Below are positions 6,361 through 13,787 of a DNA stretch of 26,465 bases, piece by piece; position 1 is the stretch's first letter, and the number at the start of each line of letters is the position of its first letter. Location: IMG/VR virus record IMGVR_UViG_3300043443_000195, positions 1 to 26,465 of that record; one strand, given 5' to 3'. A program made the translations under genes and the position numbers. The notes under the pieces were generated by a model that ran no database searches, was not told the origin of the DNA, and saw nothing but the letters and a program-made list of their open reading frames with translations. This stretch comes from a virus. Its lineage: Duplodnaviria; Caudoviricetes.

Positions 6361-7040
6361 AGTTTCCTCTTTACGGTTACGGGTTACATTTACACGGGCT
6401 TTTGTGTGCCCGTGTGGAAAGTATAACGCAAAACAAACCCGCTGGGTTTACATGTCAACACATTTATTTTTATCCCAGTGGGTTGTACGATAGTGAAAAG
6501 CTATCCCGCTGGGTTTCCATTGTACCCAGTGTGTCCGTGTTTCCTCAAGGGTGTGACAAGTGTGACTGAAACGGGGGGTAAGGGTTTCAGATTTTCGGAT
6601 TTTTTGTGCTATTTCAAAAAGTCGTAAATTTTGCGTCTCCCGTGCGGAGTCACTTTGTCACACCCGCACCCGCGAAACCCAGTGGCGCGAATTAAACCGG
6701 GGTTTTGCACCCGCTGGGTGCGCGAAACCATGGTTTTCGGGTCAATTTAATGCTCTCCACTGGGTTTGTATTTCCCATTGGGTTTGCGCCACTCTGTCAC
6801 ATTGTCACACCCTTGATCCGTTGACCCGCTGGGTCCTGTCACATTGTCACACCCTAGGTTTTGACCCGCTGGGTCGCGGGTTCGCGGTGGCCGTGTGGCG
6901 CCGGATTCGCCGGCGATTCTGGGCGCGGGATTCCGGGCGCATGGGGTGGGTGTGGTCCCGCGACCCTCCGGTCCCGGCGACGGCGGGTCCGCGAACAATT
7001 TTTTTATTTTTTCAAATTAACCCAATTACCCACTGGGTCA
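6293..7040. repeat. Array of 12 CCC-N3-GGG palindromes (consensus ACCCRSTGGGT)
   Basis: Perfect cores start at 6295, 6438, 6474, 6505, 6710, 6774, 6825, 6865 and 7029. One-mismatch cores at 6525, 6678 and 6756. Confidence 0.85.
6549..6875. promoter_or_regulatory. Putative replication origin with TTGTCACACCC iterons
   Basis: Inverted pair 6549-6567 / 6648-6665 flanks an AT-rich core. Tandem ~41-bp repeats at 6794-6835 and 6836-6875 each carry the 11-mer. A further copy is at 7126. Confidence 0.5.
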
Positions 7041-7091
7041 ACTAATCACTGCTTCCCATGACACGCAACTTGTGGTAGATTCCGTACCACT

Positions 7092-7649
7092 ATGGAAACA
7101 AGGAATCCCTCATCCGTAGGCGCAGTTGTCACACCCGTCAGCAACGACAACCTGGAATTGCCACAATGGCTATCTGTGCCTGACCCCAAGCCGCCAGCAC
7201 CAAGCAAGGTGATGCGCGACCTTGTCCATTCCCAATACGACAACATCTTCGAGCGTGTGATCGAGCAGATTTACCGTGGACGCTCGTTGGCCTCGTTGCT
7301 CCAAGAAGACCCCCGTGAGATCAACTATGAAGATTTCCTGCGGTGGATCAAACGCGACCCCATGCGCCATGAACGGTTCAAAGAAGCGCAGGAGTCGCGC
7401 ACCGAGTTCATCGCTGGTGAGATTCTTGAGATTGCCGATGCCGAAGACTCCATAGAAGATGTGCAGCGGTCTAGATTAAAGATCGACACTCGTAAGTGGT
7501 TGATGGGTGCGTGGAACAGGAAACGCTACGGCGAGACAAAGACACTCGAGATGGCAGGATCGATCAGCATCACCGGTGCGCTGGCTGCGGCCCGTGAGCG
7601 CTTGGTCGAGGCAGAGGTTATAGATGTGACACCGAAGGAGATTGAATGA
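7092..7649 (+). CDS. terS: Terminase small subunit (Sf6 gp1-like)
   Basis: HTH-like GRSLASLL...FLRWI, then EILEIAD and VQRSRLKIDTRKWLMG..NRKRYGE. Lies upstream of terL. Confidence 0.9.
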   Translation: METRNPSSVGAVVTPVSNDNLELPQWLSVPDPKPPAPSKVMRDLVHSQYDNIFERVIEQIYRGRSLASLLQEDPREINYEDFLRWIKRDPMRHERFKEAQESRTEFIAGEILEIADAEDSIEDVQRSRLKIDTRKWLMGAWNRKRYGETKTLEMAGSISITGALAAARERLVEAEVIDVTPKEIE

Positions 7650-7726
7650 TTGTGTTTGTAAACATTGCACTGCTTGCCGTTGGCTTGATCGTGCTCGATT
7701 GGCTCCTTGACTGGTGGTTCGACTAA
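7646..7726 (+). CDS. 26-aa hydrophobic peptide MIVFVNIALLAVGLIVLDWLLDWWFD
   Basis: SD AAGGAG, ATGA overlap with the terS stop, and its TAA abuts the terL ATG. Confidence 0.6.
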   Translation: MIVFVNIALLAVGLIVLDWLLDWWFD

Positions 7727-9268
7727 ATGCAACGACCCATTTACTCGCCTGAGGAGGAGCAACTGCTGATGACGCAGTTGTGGAGCCCACAGATTGCCGA
7801 TGATCCTGAGAACTTCGTCATGTTCTGCTTCCCATGGGGGCAGTCCAACACACCCTTGGAGAAGTTCAAAGGACCGCGCCAGTGGCAACGCCGTGCACTG
7901 CGCCGCATCGCAGAGTTCATCAAGACCAACAAGGCCAAGCTAAACAACGACGAGTTGATCGATGCGCTACGCAGAGCCGTGTCCTCTGGTCGCGGTGTGG
8001 GGAAGTCTGCCCTTGTGTCGTGGCTCGTGCTGTGGATGCTGACCACGCGCATCGGGTCGTCCGTTGTCGTGTCTGCTAACAGCGAGACACAGCTACGCAC
8101 GGTCACATGGGGTGAACTGACTAAGTGGGCCACCATGTCGTTGAACGCACATTGGTGGGAGCCGTCAGCCACCAAGCTCTCACCCGCTGCGTGGTTGACT
8201 GACCTCGTTGAGCGTGACTTGAAGAAGGGCACGCGCTACTGGGGTGCCGAGGGGAAACTGTGGAGCGAAGAGAACCCTGACGCCTACGCCGGTGTGCACA
8301 ACATGGACGGCATGATGGTGATCTTCGACGAAGCATCGGGTATCCCTGATGGCATCTGGTCGGTGGCTGCGGGCTTCTTTACAGAGAACATCTTGGACCG
8401 TTACTGGTTCGCGTTTAGCAACGGTCGTCGCAACACCGGGTACTTCTACGAAGCGGTTGACGGCAACAAGCGTGACTTTTGGGAAAGCGAGAAGATCGAC
8501 GCACGCACAGTCGAGGGCACCGACAAGTCGATCTATGAACAGATCATCGCCGAGTACGGCGAAGACAGCGACGAAGCCCGCGTCGAGGTGTACGGCGACT
8601 TTCCCAAGAGTGGCGAAGACCAGTTCATCATGCCCTCGGTGGTAGACGATGCGATGAAGCGGCCCAAGTACAAAGACATGACCGCACCCGTGGTGCTCGG
8701 CGTGGACCCCGCACGCGGCGGCATGGACAGCACCGTCATCGTGGCACGCCAAGGCCGTGACATCCTTGCCATCCGACGGTTCAAGGGCGACGACACCATG
8801 ACCACCGTGGGGCATGTGATCGACGCCATCGAGGAGTTCAAGCCCGTGATCACCGCCATCGACGAAGGTGGTCTAGGTTACGGCATACTTGACAGATTGA
8901 CCGAGCAGAGGTACAAAGTGCGCGGGGTGAACTTTGGCTGGAAAGCCAAGAACCCTGTGATGTGGGGCAACAAACGAGCCGAGATGTGGGGTGCGATGCG
9001 CGAGTGGTTAAAGACCGCATCGTTACCACAAGACAGACAGTTGAAAGCTGACCTGATCGGACCGATGAAGAAGCCCAACTCCGCAGGCACTTTGTTTTTG
9101 GAAGGGAAAAAGGAAATGAAAGCGCGTGGTCTAGCGTCACCCGATGCCGCTGACGCGATTGCAGTCACTTTCGCGTTCCCTGTATCACATCGGGAGTACA
9201 ATCCCCGAACAACCGAACGGCGCAACGCACAAAACGGCACCGTTTCAACATCATGGATGGGGGCATAG
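7727..9268 (+). CDS. terL: Terminase large subunit
   Basis: Q motif PRQWQ, Walker A SGRGVGKS, Walker B VIFDEA, nuclease motifs LGVDPARGGMDS and SPDAADA. Confidence 0.95.
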   Translation: MQRPIYSPEEEQLLMTQLWSPQIADDPENFVMFCFPWGQSNTPLEKFKGPRQWQRRALRRIAEFIKTNKAKLNNDELIDALRRAVSSGRGVGKSALVSWLVLWMLTTRIGSSVVVSANSETQLRTVTWGELTKWATMSLNAHWWEPSATKLSPAAWLTDLVERDLKKGTRYWGAEGKLWSEENPDAYAGVHNMDGMMVIFDEASGIPDGIWSVAAGFFTENILDRYWFAFSNGRRNTGYFYEAVDGNKRDFWESEKIDARTVEGTDKSIYEQIIAEYGEDSDEARVEVYGDFPKSGEDQFIMPSVVDDAMKRPKYKDMTAPVVLGVDPARGGMDSTVIVARQGRDILAIRRFKGDDTMTTVGHVIDAIEEFKPVITAIDEGGLGYGILDRLTEQRYKVRGVNFGWKAKNPVMWGNKRAEMWGAMREWLKTASLPQDRQLKADLIGPMKKPNSAGTLFLEGKKEMKARGLASPDAADAIAVTFAFPVSHREYNPRTTERRNAQNGTVSTSWMGA

Positions 9269-9532
9269 ATGGCAACAAAGAAGAGTGTATCTTTGAGCGT
9301 TAAACGCGGTGAGAAGTTGCCTGCTTCCAAGGGTGCTGGCCTGACCGAGAAGGGTCGCGCCAAGTACAACCGTGAGACTGGTTCTAATTTGAAAGCCCCC
9401 GCCCCCAACCCAAAGACGAAAGCAGACGCAGGTCGTAAAGCCAGCTTCTGCGCCCGCATGGAAGGGGTTGTCAAAAACGCCAAAGGCGACGCAGAACGCG
9501 CCAAGGCATCTCTCAAACGATGGAAGTGCTAA
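9269..9532 (+). CDS. Small basic conserved phage protein (DUF6321-like)
   Basis: GLTEKGRAKYNRETGSNLKAP, RKASFCARMEG, ASLKRWKC. Confidence 0.8.
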   Translation: MATKKSVSLSVKRGEKLPASKGAGLTEKGRAKYNRETGSNLKAPAPNPKTKADAGRKASFCARMEGVVKNAKGDAERAKASLKRWKC

Positions 9533-9534
9533 TC

Positions 9535-9699
9535 ATGGCTACAAAACCCGGACTTTACGCCAACATCCACGCCAAGCGTGAGCGCATCAAAGAAGGCAGC
9601 GGCGAGAAGATGAGAAAACCCGGCACCGCTGGTGCACCCACCGCCAAAGCGTTCAAGGAATCTGCAAAAACGGCCAAAAAGCCAACGAAAGGTAAATAA
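9535..9699 (+). CDS. 54-aa Lys-rich phage protein
   Basis: MATKPGLYANIHAKRERIKEGSGEKMRKPGTAGAPTAKAFKESAKTAKKPTKGK*. Missing from the ORF track. Confidence 0.8.
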   Translation: MATKPGLYANIHAKRERIKEGSGEKMRKPGTAGAPTAKAFKESAKTAKKPTKGK

Positions 9700-9700
9700 A

Positions 9701-9850
9701 ATGCCACTCGTCAAGTCAGCCAGTAAAAACGCGTTCCGTGCCAACGTAAAAGCCGAAGTCAAGGCCGGAAAACCTGTAAAACAGGCCGTTGCCATCGCGT
9801 ATTCAGTCAAACGCGTAGCCCAGAAACCAGCCCCAAAAAGTAAAAAATGA
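9701..9850 (+). CDS. 49-aa Lys-rich phage protein
   Basis: MPLVKSASKNAFRANVKAEVKAGKPVKQAVAIAYS..., start at ATG 9701 after AAAGGT. Confidence 0.8.
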   Translation: MPLVKSASKNAFRANVKAEVKAGKPVKQAVAIAYSVKRVAQKPAPKSKK

Positions 9851-10092
9851 GCCTGATTGCAACGCAAAACTGCATCATCATCGAACCCGATGTTGAGAAA
9901 CACGAATTGTTCATCATCCCACCCGGCGACAAGATGGAAACGGGGATCGTTGTCTCCGTTGGCCCACTTTGCACAGACATCCAAGCTGGCGACCACGTAT
10001 ACTTCGGCGTGGGACAAGAATTTAGGCACGAAGGCAAGGACTACGTTGTCATTCGTGAACCCCACGTCTTAGGAGTTTTAGAACATGGCTGA
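9847..10092 (+). CDS. groES: Co-chaperonin GroES (Cpn10)-like protein
   Basis: IIIEP, IIP, GIVVSVGP, IQAGDHVYF, EFRHEGKDYVVIREPHVLGVLE align by eye with the Cpn10 consensus. Confidence 0.8.
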   Translation: MSLIATQNCIIIEPDVEKHELFIIPPGDKMETGIVVSVGPLCTDIQAGDHVYFGVGQEFRHEGKDYVVIREPHVLGVLEHG

Positions 10093-12277
10093 TCCAACAG
10101 GAATAGTGGCTGCTGCGGCAGTTGCAGTAGGCGGCTCTGCCAAAGATAAGAGCAGCGCCGATGTGCTGGCCACCGCCCGCACCCGCCTTGACATGGCCAT
10201 CTCGGCGTTGTCCGAGTCCCGTGAAGACGAACTTGACGACTTGCGCTTTTATGCCGCGTCACCGGACAACCAATGGCAGTGGCCCGCCGATGTGTTGGCC
10301 ACCCGTGGTGCCGTGCAGGGTCAAACGATCAACGCACGCCCCTGTTTGACCATCAACAAGCTGCCACAGCACGTCCATCAGGTCACCAACGAGCAACGCC
10401 AAAACCGCCCACAGCCCAAAGTCATCCCTGCTGACGATGCAGCCGACGAAGAAGTGGCAGAGGTCTACAACGGTGTGATTCGCCACATCGAATACATCTC
10501 CGATGCTGACGTGGCCTACGACACAGCGTGCGAAAATCAAGTGGCCTATGGTGAAGGCTACGTGCGGATTCTGACCGAATACTGCGACGAAAAGTCGTTC
10601 GACCAAGACATCAAGATTGGTCGCATTCGCAACAGCTTCAGCGTCTACATGGACCCGCTGATTCAAGACCCCTGCGGTGCAGACGCCGAGTGGTGCTTCA
10701 TCACCGAAGACATTCCTCTCAAAGAATACCAGCGTCTGTACCCCAAAGCTGCACCCATCACCACCTTGCAGACCTTGGGTGTTGGCGATCAAGAGATTTC
10801 ACAGTGGCTCAACGAGAACACTGTTCGCATCGCTGAATACTTCTACAAAGAGTACACCAACGAGACATTGAACCTGTACCCCGGCAACGTGACTGCGTTT
10901 GAAGGCACGCCCGAGGACAAGATGCTGAAAATGCAGTTCGGTGCGCCCATCAGAAGCCGTAAATCAGAGCGTTGCAAGGTCAAATGGCTCAAGATCAACG
11001 GCTACGAAATCCTTGAGCAATCCGACTGGGCGGGTATGCACATCCCCGTGATTCGTTGCGTTGGTAACGAGTTTGAGGTCGATGGTCGCTTGTATGTGTC
11101 CGGATTGGTGCGAAACGCCAAGGACGCACAGCGCATGTACAACTACTGGGTGTCCCAAGAAGCCGAAATGTTGGCTTTGGCACCCAAGGCACCTTTCATT
11201 GGGTACGGTGGCCAGTTTGAAGGCTACGAGATGCAATGGAAGACCGCCAACACGACCAACTGGCCGTATTTGGAGGTCAACCCAGACGTTACAGACGGTC
11301 AAGGTGCCGTTCTGCCGCTGCCACAACGCGCACAGCCGCCCATGGCGTCATCGGGTCTGTTGCAAGCCAAAGCTGGCGCATCCGACGACATCAAATCATC
11401 GACCGGTCAGTACAACGCAGCGTTGGGCATGACATCAAACGAGCGCTCCGGCAAGGCTATCTTGGCCCGCCAGCGTGAGTCCGACATCGGCACCTACCAC
11501 TACGTTGACAACTACGCCCGCATGATCCGCTACATCGGTCGTCAACTGGTTGACCTGATCCCCAAAATCTACGACACACAGCGTGTGGCCCGCATCATTG
11601 GTGAAGATGGTGAGTCCACCACCGCTAAGATGAACCCACAACAGCCCGAGGCGGTCAAGAAGATCGTCAACGAGCAAGGCATCGTGATTGACAAGATTTA
11701 CAACCCCGCAGTCGGCAAATATGATGTGCAGGTCATCACCGGTCCCGGCTACGCCACCAAGCGCCAAGAAGCCTTGGAAGCCATGGCCCAGTTGCTGCAA
11801 GGTAACCCACAGTTGTGGTCTGTTGCAGGCGACCTGTTTGTCAAGAACATGGACTGGCCCGGCGCACAAGAGATGGCCAAGCGGTTTGCCAAGACCATCG
11901 ACCCCAAAATTATTGGCGACGATGAAGACAATCCAGCGTTGGCTGCTGCCAAACAGCAAATGGAAGCCATGGCTCACGAACTTGAGCAAATGCACGGCAT
12001 GTTGCAAAACGTTCAGCAATCGTTTGAAGCCCGCGACATCGAGGTCAAGGAATACAAGGCTCAAGTGGACGCCTACAATGCCGAAACGAACCGCCTCAAG
12101 GCTGTTCAAGCAGGCATGTCACCCGAGCAGATTCAAGACATTGTCATGGGCACGCTTCACGCAGCCATGGACACCGGCGACATTGTTGCAGGTGCACCCA
12201 TGATGCGCGAGAATGCGGAAATGCCTGAAATGGGCGAAATGCAACCCGAACAACCCATGGGAGGTATGCCTCAATGA
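10085..12277 (+). CDS. Portal protein, P22 gp1-like
   Basis: 730 aa. RPCLTINKL, GLVRNAKDAQRMYNYW, SGKAILARQ, IPKIYDT, GKYDV..GP..ATKRQEA, and a C-terminal helical barrel-like segment. Confidence 0.93.
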   Translation: MADPTGIVAAAAVAVGGSAKDKSSADVLATARTRLDMAISALSESREDELDDLRFYAASPDNQWQWPADVLATRGAVQGQTINARPCLTINKLPQHVHQVTNEQRQNRPQPKVIPADDAADEEVAEVYNGVIRHIEYISDADVAYDTACENQVAYGEGYVRILTEYCDEKSFDQDIKIGRIRNSFSVYMDPLIQDPCGADAEWCFITEDIPLKEYQRLYPKAAPITTLQTLGVGDQEISQWLNENTVRIAEYFYKEYTNETLNLYPGNVTAFEGTPEDKMLKMQFGAPIRSRKSERCKVKWLKINGYEILEQSDWAGMHIPVIRCVGNEFEVDGRLYVSGLVRNAKDAQRMYNYWVSQEAEMLALAPKAPFIGYGGQFEGYEMQWKTANTTNWPYLEVNPDVTDGQGAVLPLPQRAQPPMASSGLLQAKAGASDDIKSSTGQYNAALGMTSNERSGKAILARQRESDIGTYHYVDNYARMIRYIGRQLVDLIPKIYDTQRVARIIGEDGESTTAKMNPQQPEAVKKIVNEQGIVIDKIYNPAVGKYDVQVITGPGYATKRQEALEAMAQLLQGNPQLWSVAGDLFVKNMDWPGAQEMAKRFAKTIDPKIIGDDEDNPALAAAKQQMEAMAHELEQMHGMLQNVQQSFEARDIEVKEYKAQVDAYNAETNRLKAVQAGMSPEQIQDIVMGTLHAAMDTGDIVAGAPMMRENAEMPEMGEMQPEQPMGGMPQ

Positions 12278-12639
12278 GCAAAGCAGCAGATTTTGTAGGA
12301 TTACTGTTTCTCGCCCGCGACGTGGCGCATTCGGTGCATTTGAACACCCGCAGTTTTTCCAAACACATGGCGCTTAATGCGTTTTATGACGGCATCATTG
12401 ATCACGCTGACGCGTTTGCTGAAGCCTACCAAGGCCGTCACGGTCTAATTGGCCCCATCAGCTTGATGTCTGCCAAGAAAACTGGCAATATCACGGAATT
12501 CTTGGAAGATTCGTTGGCCGACATCGAGAAAATGCGGTATGAGGTGTGCGACAAGTCGGACTCATCATTGCAGCAGTTGATCGACAACATCGTTGAACTG
12601 TATCTGACCACGTTGTACAAACTCAAATTCTTAGCATAA
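12274..12639 (+). CDS. Ferritin/Dps-like four-helix protein (DUF5856-like)
   Basis: AHSVHL, H-x-AL-xx-FY, DAFAEAYQG, LIDNI...LYKL resemble the Dps H-x11-H / D-x3-E type ferroxidase ligands. Confidence 0.7.
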   Translation: MSKAADFVGLLFLARDVAHSVHLNTRSFSKHMALNAFYDGIIDHADAFAEAYQGRHGLIGPISLMSAKKTGNITEFLEDSLADIEKMRYEVCDKSDSSLQQLIDNIVELYLTTLYKLKFLA

Positions 12640-12648
12640 GGAACCATC

Positions 12649-12915
12649 ATGGCATATTACAAACAAGGTAATGCTGACTCGCAAATCAAAGTCGGCTTCG
12701 GCAAAATCTACGGTGTGTTTGTTTCAAGCACATCAAGCGGCACATTTGCGTTGTATGACACCGCAACCAGCAGCACCAGCGATCCAAAAATTGTGAATAC
12801 TGTCACCGTGGCTGCGGGCACTCAATATGTCAGCTTTCCCGTTGGCGTGAGTTTCAACAAAGGTCTATACATCGACATTGCCAACACGATTGAGTACACT
12901 GTCGTTTACGAATAA
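12649..12915 (+). CDS. Small beta-rich protein, probably virion-associated
   Basis: SD TAAGGA. 88 aa, Ser/Thr/Val-rich, located in the head module. Confidence 0.7.
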   Translation: MAYYKQGNADSQIKVGFGKIYGVFVSSTSSGTFALYDTATSSTSDPKIVNTVTVAAGTQYVSFPVGVSFNKGLYIDIANTIEYTVVYE

Positions 12916-12966
12916 CCCCAAACCCGTACTGATGCGGCTCATCAGGGAATCTAAGGATTCGAGCAA

Positions 12967-13770
12967 ATGGATGAAGAAGTCCAAAACTTAGCGGAAGTAG
13001 TACCCGCGCCAGCAACGGAAGTGACGGCCACTCCTGAAGCTGAAGTAAATGCGCCGGAAGTCACTGCTAATGGTGAGCAAACAGATCAACCCGCGTCAAA
13101 GGTATTCACGCAGGAAGAACTTGATGCAGCTATTGGTAAACGGCTTGCGAGAGAGCAACGTAAATGGGAGCGAGAGCAACAAGCGCGTTTGAAAGAACAG
13201 CAACTGTTGCAAGCAGTCCCTCAAGGTGCACCAACGCGTGATCAGTACGACTCTGATGAAGCCTATGCGGAAGCATTGGCCACAGTCAAAGCCGAACAAC
13301 TGGTTCATCAGCGTAAGCAACAAGAGGAACAGCGAAAAATTCTTGCTGCGTATGAGGAAAGTGAAGAAAAGGCCCGGGACAAATACGATGACTTCGACCA
13401 AGTCACCCGTAACCCAAACCTGCCGATCACTCAAGTCATGCTCGAAGCGATCCAGTCTTCGGACATTGGACCCGATGTAGCCTACTACCTTGGAACCAAT
13501 CCCAAAGAGGCCGACCGTATCGCCAGTTTGTCGCCCTATCTGCAAGCAAAAGAAATTGGGAAGATCGAAGTGAAAATCGCTTCTAATCCTCCTGTGAAAA
13601 AAACTTCATCTGCGCCAGCACCAATTAACCCGGTGACTGCCCGTGGTGCAACACCTGCTGTGTATGACACGACTGACCCTCGCTCGTCGAAGGCCATGAC
13701 TGACTCAGAGTGGATTGCAGCCGAACGGCAGCGCCAAATTAAGAAGTACCAAGCACAGATGACCCGCTAA
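12967..13770 (+). CDS. Scaffolding protein
   Basis: Acidic N-terminus, FTQEELDAAIGKRLARE, coiled coil, GPDVAYYLG, SSAPAPI, and MTDSEWIAAER near the C-terminus. Directly upstream of the coat gene. Confidence 0.85.
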   Translation: MDEEVQNLAEVVPAPATEVTATPEAEVNAPEVTANGEQTDQPASKVFTQEELDAAIGKRLAREQRKWEREQQARLKEQQLLQAVPQGAPTRDQYDSDEAYAEALATVKAEQLVHQRKQQEEQRKILAAYEESEEKARDKYDDFDQVTRNPNLPITQVMLEAIQSSDIGPDVAYYLGTNPKEADRIASLSPYLQAKEIGKIEVKIASNPPVKKTSSAPAPINPVTARGATPAVYDTTDPRSSKAMTDSEWIAAERQRQIKKYQAQMTR

Positions 13771-13787
13771 TTTTATAAAGGACCAAA

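Noticed and set aside
6293-7040. Possible CRISPR or mini-array
   Set aside because: Repeats are only 9-15 bp, irregularly spaced and degenerate, and there are no cas genes.
6747-7061. Three short overlapping ORFs in the repeat region
   Set aside because: No SD, low-complexity translations, and better explained as noncoding repeats.
7053-7090. Late promoter TTCCCA-17-TAGATT with a GTGGTA/TACCAC hairpin before terS
   Set aside because: The match to consensus is too weak to call without transcript data.
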